64,000 bases of DNA from the human T2T-CHM13v2.0 reference genome, Homo sapiens: NCBI RefSeq assembly GCF_009914755.1, contig NC_060939.1; one strand, 5' to 3'. Shown here piece by piece: positions 23,201 to 39,610 of the stretch. The notes under the pieces were generated by a model. That model made no database searches. It worked only from the letters and a program-made list of their open reading frames with translations, and had not been told where the DNA came from. Both the position numbers and the translations under genes were made by a program. Position 1 is the first letter of the stretch, and every line of letters starts with the position of its first letter.

Positions 23201-23689
23201 TTTAAATCACCTGTACTCAAAAAAAAACATAAGGCTTTGTGACAAATTGTATTTAAGATGTTATAAATGCCAGTGTGTTCACTTTGTAAACATTCAATAT
23301 TGAATGTTGTTATGGCTTATAATATCATCAATATTTATTGTATTTTTTGTGATGAACTGTAGGAAAAAAATACTTTTTCCCTTCTTCAGTCAGTCATTAG
23401 TCTCATTTGTCTCATTCTAGACTAAGGTTAGCACTCAAACAAAAACTATTTATTAGCTAATGAGAATAATGAAAGCAGGCTATTTTGTATATTAATAGCT
23501 TTGCATTAGGCATAATGAATTTTATTCCACAGGGCAAAAGGGATTTCACAAATGAAAAAACTAGGAACCAATGTTCAACATATATCCCAGAAATTAGATG
23601 GCTAGGATTGGCTATGTACAAGAAAACACACATTTTAATTATCTCATTTTCCCCTCCTATTATGTGACTTTCATAATAGAAACATGGCA

Positions 23690-23880
23690 TAATGGAGGTA
23701 GCCCAAGGCTTTGGAATTAGACCAACCAGAGTTCAAATTCTGGTTGTTCTACCTATCAGATATTTTCATTAAGGTAATTTTTTAAATGCTTCTCAGCTTT
23801 TGCAAAATGGATATTATAATATTCACCACACTGAGATATTATAAAGATTAAGTAAAATAATGTATGAAGATGACTTTACA
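23690..23880. mobile_element. MIR SINE fragment
   Basis: ggctttggaattagacc...gagttcaaattctgg...gcaaaatggatattataat. Confidence 0.6.
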
Positions 23881-24854
23881 TAAATAAACTGTTAATTTGC
23901 TTTGCTCTATTGTCTTTGCTTTTAAAATAGTTGTATCTACTTATATAGATTTGTCTTCATGCTTATAGCTGAAATAGTTGAAAATATTTTATTCTATGAA
24001 TTGAAAAAATAAAGACTACTGGCTTTTATCTTTCACTAAAATGTAAGTTTCTTGCATTTTAGGAAAATAAATATGGCACCAAATTTGTCTGCAGGCACAG
24101 AGATTACATTCCTCGAATGTTAATATCTACCTATCTATATATCCTATTTGCCGTCAGGTTCTTTTGAGGGATAATGATTTGTTTTAGATTATATTCTCAA
24201 TAAGTGATGAAATTTATAGACTCTCCTTCATAGTCACTCAGCAATGAAACAGAGCAAACAATCATTAATAAATGATGGACGTTCTACATAGGATTCTGTG
24301 TTCTAGGTATGTATGCAAAAGATGATCTTACTCTTGAGAGCCACTAGAACTCTTTGAAGAAAAAAAAATGCTATTTGCTATAGGGAAATCTTTCTGGAAA
24401 AGTAATAATTTCACCTTTGAGTCAGCTTCCCTGGACTCTTGCCTCATACATCTTCAGCCAAGGTCAGTCCATTATGAAAATCCACTCTCCCTTCCCCATG
24501 AAAGAACATTCGAGGCATACTTATTATATTAACTGAATTGTTACATATGTATTAAAAGTTTATAGTATGTGTTAGCATTTATTTATTTTTTGTAAGATGT
24601 CTTTCCAGGAATATATAACCCTGGTTCATAATATTGTGCCCTTTGTATCCAAGATTTGATATATGTGAGTAAACATACAACTGTCTATCTGGGGGCAAGT
24701 AAATCGAAAACCAAGAATCATCTCAAGTGTTGGAAATCATATGGTATAGAATTCATTACCATTTGTGAACTGGAATGGGCAGCAAGATATTTGAATAAAA
24801 ATTAAACTAGTTCTATAATTGGTGATTTGAAATTTTTTGAAAAAGCCACGGCAG

Positions 24855-25184
24855 TGAAATAGTTTGGATGTCCCCTCAAAATCTCATGCTGAATTGTAAT
24901 CCCCAGTGTTGGAGGTGGGGACTGGTGGGAGGTGTTTGGGTCACTATAGTGCGTTTTCATGAGATCTGGTCATTTAAAATCTGTAGCACCTCCCTCCCCT
25001 TCTTGCTCCTGTTTTTTCCATGTGAAGATGCCTGCCCCAGCTTTGCCTTCCACCATGAGTAAAAGCTTCCCAAGTCCTCCCCAGAAGCAGATGCTGGCGC
25101 TATGCTTCTGGTACAGCCTGAAAAACCTTGAGCCAATTAAACCTCAGGTAAGTCTTTACAGCAATGCAAGAATTGCCTAATATA
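24855..25184 (+). mobile_element. MST (MaLR) solo LTR with internal deletions
   Basis: Starts tgaaatagtttggatgtcccctcaaaatctcatgctgaattgtaatcccc and ends agcaatgcaagaattgcctaatata. Confidence 0.85.
25145..25153 (+). promoter_or_regulatory. Consensus 5' splice donor inside the MST LTR
   Basis: CAG|GTAAGT, a perfect U1 match; GT at 25148-25149. Confidence 0.55.
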
Positions 25185-26201
25185 GGCAGGAACATACATG
25201 TTCCATGTTCTATCCTAAACATGGAAATGCAGGTATGTCATAAAATAAAACGATCGGTTAAAACTGAAGAGATGAAAAGTAACACCTATAAATACATTTC
25301 CACTTTTCCACTTTTTCATTTTGACTTGTCTGAATGAATATTTTTCTTCATCTAATGAATCTAAATGCATCTAATTTGGAATAAATTATCTATATTCCCA
25401 ATAAATTCCATTTAATTTCATCTGTTTTTAAATTTTGTCAAAAGAAGAAAAACAGAAATCAAGGCCAAGAAAAGAAAAATTACACACTTAATATCATCAT
25501 CCATTATTAAAACCTAGGTTGCCAGGCAGAATACCATGCCTTAGAGATTACACTGAGAGTAAAAGATGATTATAGATTTACACTCAATATCTCATTTAAA
25601 GTTTGCTCATGTTTAGCTATCCAAATCTGATTCCATAAGACTATTTTTGTCGCAAGTAACTATGGTGGCTATCCTCAAAAGATCTGTAAGAAAAGCATTG
25701 CATAGAATCAGAGAAAAGGTTGAACAATTTAATAAATTGGAAAGCCAAATCCAACCTAGGAATCTCAGCAACAGTTATACATGGATGTTCCTTCTGCCTC
25801 CCAGAGATGGCTGCCTGATACTCAGATCCCTAATACTTCTGGGATCTGATTGGCTCAGATTTAAGTTAGGTGTCTAGGTGTCTACCCAAATTTTCCAGGA
25901 GTCTTGCAACAGCAATTGGCTTCTAAAGCCCACTTTGTTGGTGGAGCTTGGATTATCAGAGCAATTATGTTGGAAAGCAATCCCAGTAGATGTCATCTAA
26001 TTGGTACCATTTGGACTAGAGGCAATTAGACGGTTTGCATATATTTTAAATTATTATTGTAGACATGAATCTATTACTGTATTTTCCACATTTTGAGTTA
26101 CTAAAAGGATTATATTCCACAGGCTTTAATAAATAGGTGGATGGATGATGATGATAACTTTAGTGATAATTGATAATTGCTTTAGGTTCCAGATGATATT
26201 A

Positions 26202-26771
<570 letters not shown>

Positions 26772-27048
26772 CTAAGGCTCCCCCGTAATATCGGAAGTAC
26801 TTGAACAGACACATTTTGTGTAAGGACATTAAGGGCTCCCAGTAGTTCCTGGCTCCAAAGGCTTGTTTTAAACAAAGGTCATTAATGAGTCTCCTGCTCA
26901 TGCCACATATCATTCATATGTGGCATGGTTGTAGAACTTCCTAATCTTTACAAGAACCAAAGAAGCCTGGAAATGCCCCATTCAGAAAAATATGTTTGAG
27001 ACTTTGCAAAGCTCCTTTCTCTAATCCTTATGATTTCTTCTTTCACAG

Positions 27049-27350
27049 TGAGCTCAAGATGTCTTTGTTGAAACAGAACCTCCCGAAGTTACAGTATTGG
27101 TTTTGGGGCTCCACACAGAGAACACATCACGGAAGCTATAATTGAGGGAGACAAAGCTGTCAGGACGACACCAAGAGAGTTAGAAAGCCCAAGAGTGGAG
27201 CATTCTTCACCATGATTCCACCTGACACTTGGCTGAAAGCATTTTGCACTAATTTGCTTTGTGCCCGTTCAGACAATCTAAAAAGAAAGGATGGGGGGAC
27301 AACAAGTGTCTATTACACAGAATAAACAGCCTCTGGCAAATGAATACATT
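27049..27350 (+). ncRNA. Candidate terminal exon of a lncRNA
   Basis: Branch-like ctaat 27021-27025, pyrimidine tract, cacag acceptor (AG 27047-27048), non-repetitive body, AATAAA 27321-27326, downstream GU-rich ttgtgcttttgg. Confidence 0.5.
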
Positions 27351-27905
27351 TTACACACTTGTGCTTTTGGAGGGATGGGGTAGTGATGAGGGGAAGGGGA
27401 ATGGAGGAGGAGAAGTCAAGGATTAGAGGTCTCTTCAGCATCTCAGGACTGCCTCTCTCTCTCTGTGGTCACAGGGGTAGGTTTGGTCCACATGGCAGAC
27501 ATGAAACTCAAGATACAGCCCTGGCGTATACGGGTTGGGAGGCCAGTGCTGCCTCTGGTGGTCCCCCCAGACCTGCAATTCATATTTTGAATGGGTTTAA
27601 AGCCTACTTGGCAATTACTTTTATCCTCTAATGAAATAGATTTGAACCACTTTCCCTTGATTATATTTTAAATGTTTACCCCCATATAAATATAACTGCT
27701 CTGAGGTGGGAGGGGTTAAGCCTCTCCTATGAATCAATTAAAGACAAAAAAAAAAAAAAAGGCCTTGAGCTTTTCGTCCAGATAGCATGCAAGAAACACC
27801 AGGGTAAAGACAAAGGGAGCCAAAGAATCCATTCTAGCCTCTGTAATTGGCTCCTATGTTGAACTGTGAAGAGTTGGGACAAAAGCACAGGACAGAGAAG
27901 ATGGT

Positions 27906-28403
27906 CTAGCAAGAAATACATGGTCTTTTAAAAGTGAAACACAGCATTTTTTGAGGGCAGCCAAGATGGCCGAATAGGAACAGCTCTGGTCTACAGCTCC
28001 CAGCGTGAGCGACGCAGAAGACGGGTGATTTCTGCATTTCCATCTGAGGTACCAGGTTCATCTCACTAGGGAGTGCCAGACAGTGGGCGCAGGACAGTGG
28101 GTGCAGCACACCATGCACAAGCCGAAGCAGGGCGAGGCATTGCCTCACTCGGGAAGTGCAAGGGGTCAGGGAGTTCCCTTTCCTAGTCAAAGAAAGGGGT
28201 GACAGACGGCACCTGGAAATTCGGGTCACTCCCACCCTAATACTGCACTTTTCCGATGGGCTTAAAAAAAGGTGCACCAGGAGGTTGTATCCTGCACCTG
28301 GCTCAGAGGGTCCTACACTCACGGAGTCACACTGATTGCTAGCACGGCAGTCTGAGATCAAACTGCAAGGTGGCAGCGAGGCTCGGGGAGGGGTGCCTGC
28401 CAT
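27906..28403 (-). other. Extended L1 ORF0 frame (165 aa) running out of the L1 into flanking DNA
   Basis: MAGTPPRASLPPCSLISDCRASNQ... is open from the ATG at 28403 to the stop at 27906. Confidence 0.6.
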
Positions 28404-28986
28404 TGCCCAGGCTTGCTTAGGTAAACAGAGCAGCAGGGAAGCTCCAACTGGTTGGAGCCCACCACAGCTCAAGGAGGCCTGCCTGCCTCTGTGGGCTCCA
28501 CCTCTGGGGGCAGGGCACAGACAAACAAAAAGACAGCAGTAACCTCTGCGGACTTAAATGTCCCTGTCTGACAGCTTTGAACAGAGCAGTGGTTCTCCCA
28601 GCACGCAGCTGGAGATCTGAGAATGGGCAGACTGCCTCCTCAGGTGGGTCCCTGACCCCTGACCCCCGAGCAGCCTAACTGGGAGGCACCCCCCAGTAGG
28701 GGCAGACTGACACCTCACACGGCCAGGTACTCCTCTGAGACAAAACTTCCAGAGGAACGATCAGACAGCAGCATTCGCGATTCATGAAAATCCGCTGTTC
28801 TGCAGCCACTGCCGCTGATGCCCAGGCAAACAGGGTCTGGAGTGGACCTCTAGCAAACTCCAACAGACCTGCAGCTGAGGGTCCTGTTGGTTAGAAGGAA
28901 AACTAACAAACAGAAAGGACATCCACACCAAAAGCCCATCTGTACATCACCATCATCAAAGACAAAAAGTAGATAAAACCACAAAG

Positions 28987-30009
28987 ATGGGGAAAAAACA
29001 GAGCAGAAAAACTGGAAACTCCCCTAAGAAGCAGAGTGCCTCTCCTCCTCCAAAGGAACGCAGTTCCTCACCAGCAAAGGAACAAAGCTGGATGGAGAAT
29101 GACTTTGACGAGTTGAGAGAAGAAGGCTTCAGACGATCAAACTACTCTGAGCTACAGGAGGAAATTCAAACCAAAGGCAAAGAAGTTAAAAACTTTTTGA
29201 AAAAAATTTAGACGAATGTATAACTAGAATAACCAATACAGAGAAGTGCTTAAAGGAGCTGATGGAGCTGAAAGCCAAGGTTCGAAGAACTATGTGAAGA
29301 ATGCAGAAGCCTCAGGAGCTGATGCCATCAACTGGAAGAAAGGCTATCAGTGATGGAAGATGAAATGAATGAAATGAAGTCAGAAGGGAAGTTTAGAGAA
29401 AAAAGAATAAAAGGAAACGAACAAAGCCTCCAAGAAATGTGGGACTATGTGAAAAGACCAAATCTACATCTGATTGGTGTACCAGAAAGTGACGGGGAGA
29501 ATGGAACCAAGTTGGAAAACACTCTGCAGGATATTATGCAGGAGAACTTCCCCAATCTAGCAAGGCAGGCCAACATTCAGATTCAGGAAATACAGAGAAT
29601 GCCACAAAGATACTCCTTGAGAAGAGCAACTCCAAGAAACATAATTGTCAGATTCACCAAAGTTGAAATGAAGGAAAAAATGTTAAGGGCAGCCAGAGAG
29701 AAAGGTCGGGTTACCCACAAAGGAAAGCCGGTCAGACTAACAGCAGATCTCTCGGCAGAAATTCTACAAGTCAGAAGAGAGTGGGGGCCGATATTCAACA
29801 TTCTTAAAGAAACGAATTTTCAACCCAGAATTTCATATCCAGCCAAACTAAGCTTCATAAGTGAAGGAGAAATAAAATACTTTACAGACAAGCAAATGCT
29901 GAGAGATTCTGTCACCACCAGGCTTGCCATAAAAGAGCTCCTGAAGGAAGCACTAAACATGGAAAGGAACAACCGGTACCAGCCACTGAAAAATCATGCC
30001 AACATGTAA
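28987..30009 (+). pseudogene. L1 ORF1p, frameshifted (stop at 29211)
   Basis: 74-aa N-terminal piece and 219-aa C-terminal piece in the ORF track. Confidence 0.93.
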
Positions 30010-30072
30010 AGACCATCGAGACTAGGAAGAAACTGCATCAACTAACGAGGAAAATAACCAGCTAACATCATA

Positions 30073-33894
<3,822 letters not shown>

Positions 33895-34112
33895 ACAATG
33901 AGAACACATGGACACAGGAAGGGGAACATCACACTCTGGGGCCTGTTGTGGGGTGGGGGTAGGGGGAAGAGATAGCATTAGGAGATATACCTAATGGTAA
34001 ATGATGAGTTAATGGGTGCAGCACACTAGCATGGCACATGTATACATATGTAACTAACCTGCACATTGTGCACATGTACCCTAAAACTTAAATAATAATA
34101 TAATAATTTTAA

Positions 34113-34220
34113 AAAATGGCACAGTATTTGCATATAACCTACACACATGCCCTTGTCTACTTCAAATCACCTCTATTAAACAGTTTACTCATAATACATA
34201 ATACAATGTAAATACTATGG
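34113..34220 (+). mobile_element. MER2-like (Tigger) internal fragment followed by poly(A)
   Basis: aaaatggcacagtatttgcatataacctacacacat...aatacaatgtaaatactatg matches MER2 as recalled; A11 at 34222-34232. Confidence 0.7.
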
Positions 34221-34869
34221 GAAAAAAAAAAAGTTAAACAAGCTGGGACCCAAACCGTGTTCCACTCACCGTCCCACCTCCAGGTACCTTCAGGCTCTTG
34301 CATTATCATTGTTGCTGTTTATGATTATCTGCTTGGATTATCCTTAGGAAATGTGGCAATATTCCAAAGGGAATAGATGTGAATCCAATTTCTAGGGATG
34401 TGGCTAATCATTAAAATCAATCATATTTTTCAAAGACCAAAACAATGGATTTTATTTCTGATCTTCAGTTTCTTTAGGCATACTAATTCACTGGATACTT
34501 TCTAAGCTCCTTGCAGTCTCACTTTTACTCATTTGACTTTCTAAATAACATATGAGTCAAGCTTTCTTTAATCTTATGGGAAAAAAATGGGAAGATTGTA
34601 ATGCTGGATATTTAACTAGTGGTTCAATCCCTTTCCTTTTTGTCAGCAAAAGGGATATGGGATTTGAGGAGCATCCCGATGTATCTGTATTCATAAACGC
34701 CTTTCTCATTTGCTGTGTGGCCTTATTCACTTCTTTGGATGGAGTTGTTCACAAGTGTGGTGTAGAAAGTATTACATAATAGGATAACAGGTCAGATAGC
34801 AATGTCTTGGCAACCATATCTTACTAAACGGCTACAGGAAACAGCAAAAAAAAAAAAAAAAATGTTATC

Positions 34870-35173
<304 letters not shown>

Positions 35174-35559
35174 TTAGAGAAAGTGTGGGAAACCACAAAG
35201 TTAAGCATACTCTGCATAGTGCCCTCAATGGGATTCCTATGCTAATAGATTTTCAAAAAATCGATACCATTCACAGGTTGAGAGTCATCACATAGGAGAA
35301 AGAACGCATCCAGGACAAGTGGGCTTTGTCCACTTTATGATTTTTCATAAGCCAGATAGGTCCACTGCATTGAAAAAAAATTATTTTGCTTTCTGAAGTT
35401 CACAATGCTGTTTGTAAATGATACATTAAATCTTTCAGGAGTTTTTTATTTCACGTATATAATCCAAATGTTCTTAGGGCTTATGAATAATGAGCTAAAT
35501 CATTTTTTGTTTAAATAATGAATTTACATGTCTATTATTTTAACACAAGCAATAAACAT

Positions 35560-37360
35560 AACAAAGAAAGAAAAATAATTTTGAAAAACATGACTGCACA
35601 GAAATAGCCACTGCCAACATTAGGGAAATGTTACTTTACACATTTTAATCCATGTATATACATATACATATAAATATAACGACAAAGATAAATGTGATTA
35701 TAAAACAACAGATAAAGAGAGAAACAAGGAGACTAATGGATGGAACAATGGATAAATGTGTGTGGATGAATGGATACATATAAATAAGATAAAATGCATC
35801 TGTGCAATTTTAAGTTTGAGAGCATTTAATATTATTTGTATTTTATAGGATAAATTAAAATTGTGATAAAACTAATAGAATCACTCAATTTTAGGGAACT
35901 ATTTTATCCCCATGTGAACTATTTGTTCCTAAGAGATATTAAAGATTATAGAAACAGATAACCATAAAAATTGAATGCATAGGAATAATTCTGTTTTTCT
36001 GAAAAAATGGTTCTCAATTGTAGTGACCCCAAACCATAAAAATTTATAAAATTAACATATTTTCTTCCACATCTAGTTCCCTTGACTCAGCATCTCTTTT
36101 TCTGTTTCAAGGTTGATGATTTTTTAAATTATGTCCTACAACTCTATTCTGTTTGTTTCAATAATTGCCATGAATGATATCACTAGTTATTATTATGGCG
36201 AGGCTACTTCTGAGTTTGTGGTATTTATTTACATCTCTGTTGGATCTTGACTGACTAAATGCCTCTGTTGGTATCATTACTTTTTCTTTCTTTAATGATC
36301 TAAGTACTTATCTACTTGTATCAGTTTTCTGGACGGAAGGTTCCTTCATTCATACATTCTGGCATGTGTGAGAATGTGTGGTGCCTTTCAGCTAGCAAGA
36401 TAACCTGTGTATAAAATATGCCTGTGTTAGCTTGTTCCTCAGTGCACTGCAAACACCACCATGCTCTCTTCTGACATTTAATGCTGCACTCATCTTTTTA
36501 GTAGGGTTCCTTCATTCCTCTTTTGAATGATTAAGCTCCATGAAGTTTTGTTTGAGTTTGCATTGGGGCAGTAAGTTCTCAGAAGATTTTGTAGGTCTTT
36601 TAGTCTATAAATTCTTCTCTGAATTAGCCTATTTATCTGTTGCCTTCATATGTGAAGAACAACTATTATATTCTTGAGTTACATTTCATCTCCCTCAGCA
36701 ACTATTGGTTATTATCTCGTTACCTTCTGCCATTGAAAGTTGTCATGGCGAAGACCAGCCCGATTTTGTTTTCCCCATTATAAATGACTTGCTTTTCTTG
36801 ATGAATACCCAGACACTTTAAAAGACAACTTTAAAAAGAGCCCTTTTGCTCTGTGTCAGATTTTCCTGGAATATGGTGGATTCATTCCATTCGAACATTA
36901 TTTCTTCCTTTAATTCACGAAAATGTATCTACCCTGCTTCATGTTATCTACTATAGGAACAGCAGATATCATTGTCAGGACATATTTGCCTATTTCCAGC
37001 TTTTCATTAGTTTTTAAATCATTTCCCTTTTTTCTGAATTTATATTTATGTTCAAGGCTTTTGTCCATTTCCATGATTTGACTTTTTAGCCCTATCTCTT
37101 TTGTTTCCAGTTCTTTCTAATTTATTTAGTAGTCACATGAAGATGAGGGTTGCTTTGTTGTATATTGCTTTGTAAATATCCAATTATTTACTGAGCTCTA
37201 TATTTATGTTCATCAATTTATGTTGGTTTATCAACTTGTCTTTGAAATGTTTCCTTAAGTTATACTCTAGTAATTTTCATGGTAGAAAGCACTATTTCCA
37301 TTTTTCCTTAAGTTACGTATTATCTCAAAGTAGATTTTATGGTTGTTTCTTTTCTGTGCA
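35560..37360 (-). mobile_element. Highly diverged L1M/HAL1-like fragments
   Basis: T-rich strand asymmetry and degenerate L1-like motifs; boundaries approximate. Confidence 0.4.
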
Positions 37361-37366
37361 TGCATG

Positions 37367-37367
<1 letters not shown>

Positions 37368-37403
<36 letters not shown>
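37368..37403. repeat. (TG)n microsatellite, ~18 units
   Basis: Direct read. Confidence 0.95.
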
Positions 37404-37404
<1 letters not shown>

Positions 37405-37594
37405 CTTGCTGACACAAACACCATGCCATTTTTCTCTTTCTTATTTGTAACTTAATATATTTAATGTAGATAGCTCTATTTAGCCTTTCTGTATATTCTG
37501 TAATGCAATTAGTAAAATGTCTTTTTCACTATTGATCTTATCTGATTGTGATATTGTGTTTTGGCAAACCTAAACTCCCCACTTTCTTCTATGA

Positions 37595-37804
37595 CAAGAA
37601 TGGGCAAACTTTTTCCATAAAAAGATACACAGTAATATGTGAACTTTGTGCCACTGTGGTCTCTATTGCAACTACTCAACTCTGCTGTTTTAGCATAAAA
37701 GTAACCATAGACGATACATAAACAAGTGGGCATAGCTGTGTTCCAACAAAACTTTATTCACAAGATCAGTAGTCAGCCCACAGCCCAAAGTTTGGCAGCC
37801 CCTG
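37595..37804 (+). mobile_element. MER58A-like hAT-Charlie MITE
   Basis: ggcaaacttttt...ggtctctattgcaactactcaactctgc...gctgtgttccaacaaaactttatt...cccctg. Confidence 0.85.
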
Positions 37805-39496
37805 GTATCCAAGAGATGGTTTAATGTCTTTCTATCAGGGTACTCTCCAACCTGTTGCGCCTGTTACATATTTAATGGAAGGAATGCCTGAAGAATTCAG
37901 TTCAATGCCCTAATTCACCACAGATTCTAGGAACACAGTGAATTCCTTCAGCTTCCATCAACATTTCTTCCACCATAGCTGGAATCATTCCTTGCTTTTC
38001 TCTAGATTCAATTGAACATCCTTAATTTGATGGTCCCAAGATTGTGGGATATGAATAAGAGCTCTCAGAAGTTTGGTGACTCATTAATGTCTGGTGCCAC
38101 ATCTTAGGAAGGGAGATGCAATTAAGAACTTCACTAATTTTTTTTTTAAATTTCTCTTGGTTGTATCTTTTAGAAGCATATGACAGGAGGGATAAATCTT
38201 GTTTTTTACTTAGTTTTTGCTGGCCAACTTTTTGCTTATTTGTTTTATTATTTTGTGGTATTCAGACAGAGATTTAGGGAATTGATTTTGCTCTGCAATG
38301 TTTACTCAGGACTTTCCATGTTTATTTGGCAACTCTCCTTCTCTTCAAATGTCTCCCATCTGTTTCTGAGTCCCCTAGAGGACTGTCAGGTACAAGCTCC
38401 CCAGAGCCCCTCTGCCTGGACTCTTACCATGCTAAGCTGTAGCAGCTAGTGAGATTCCCAAGATGTTGCTCCACTGGCCAGAGCTCTCTACACTTTTCTG
38501 CTGTGGTCACTAATGTGGTATGAAGGTAGAGGTATGCAGTTATGATGCTGTAAGAGAACTCTGTTCTCTAAACTTCTTTCTAGGGTAGAACAAGGCCATC
38601 AAAAGATGGAAGATAAACTAAAACTATTCTACAGGAAATGCCAGAGCAATTCCAGCTGTCATATGAGGCAAAGGTAGTCATTCACCACCAGCAGGAGAGC
38701 TTCAAGAATCTCAGTGCCTCAGAAAACAGCCCTGAATTCCCAATTCGCAGAAACAGGAGTAAATATTTTCCTTAAACCTAACTATTCATGCATCAAGTCC
38801 CAATAGATAAACACTGAGTTTTCTCACAACCTTCAGGAATAAATCTATCTACCGAAAAATGGAATCTTGCCCATGGTAGCCCCATAGTAAGGTTTCTAGG
38901 ATATACACTGTCAAATAACACCAACAGAACTCCAATAAGAAGAGCAGATCACCATGTACCAGTTACCAACCCATTTTGTTTTCTGTCTATATTCCTATAG
39001 CACCTTGCTCTGAAGCTCCAGCTACACGATTCCAACAATCGTGCAACTCCGGAAATATACATATTAATTAACTCTCAAAGAACAAGTACGAAATATGATT
39101 GAAAAGCATACTTTGAAACTGTACTTGCAACAGAAATGATTTGCAGAAACCTAGGTCTGTTAAAAGATGTGCCCAATTAACTTGACTGTACAAAAAACTT
39201 CACTTTCCTTCAAAGCACAAGTATTCCAATTTACTCTGACTTCAGATATTCTTTGGGCTATACTTGTTTTTCTCATACATAACAAAAAGGACAAGCACAA
39301 CCGTTTTAATCCAGCCTCAAATTTACACAGTTTTTTCTGTCCCCTCTCCCCCAAGAATCAAAGTATATTCAAATATACTTTCATATAAGATCCAAAAAAG
39401 TTAAAAAAAAAAAAAAAAAGCTTGTGAAGAGTTAAAAGGGTTTAATAGTTCCATGGAATAAGTTAGTGTTCAGTATATGCCAAGGCACGTGCTTAC

Positions 39497-39610
39497 ATGT
39501 GGTTCTTTCTCAACATCCACGTTGAAATTGATGAATGCAAATGCTATCAACAACTTCAACAATTTTTTCAACAAGGGGCAGAACCTCCCTATGACTGTAT
39601 TCTGCCGTAT
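39497..39610 (-). ncRNA. Candidate 114-nt internal exon (probably non-coding)
   Basis: Minus-strand acceptor tattttgctttccag and donor cat|gtaagc around unique sequence. Confidence 0.4.
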
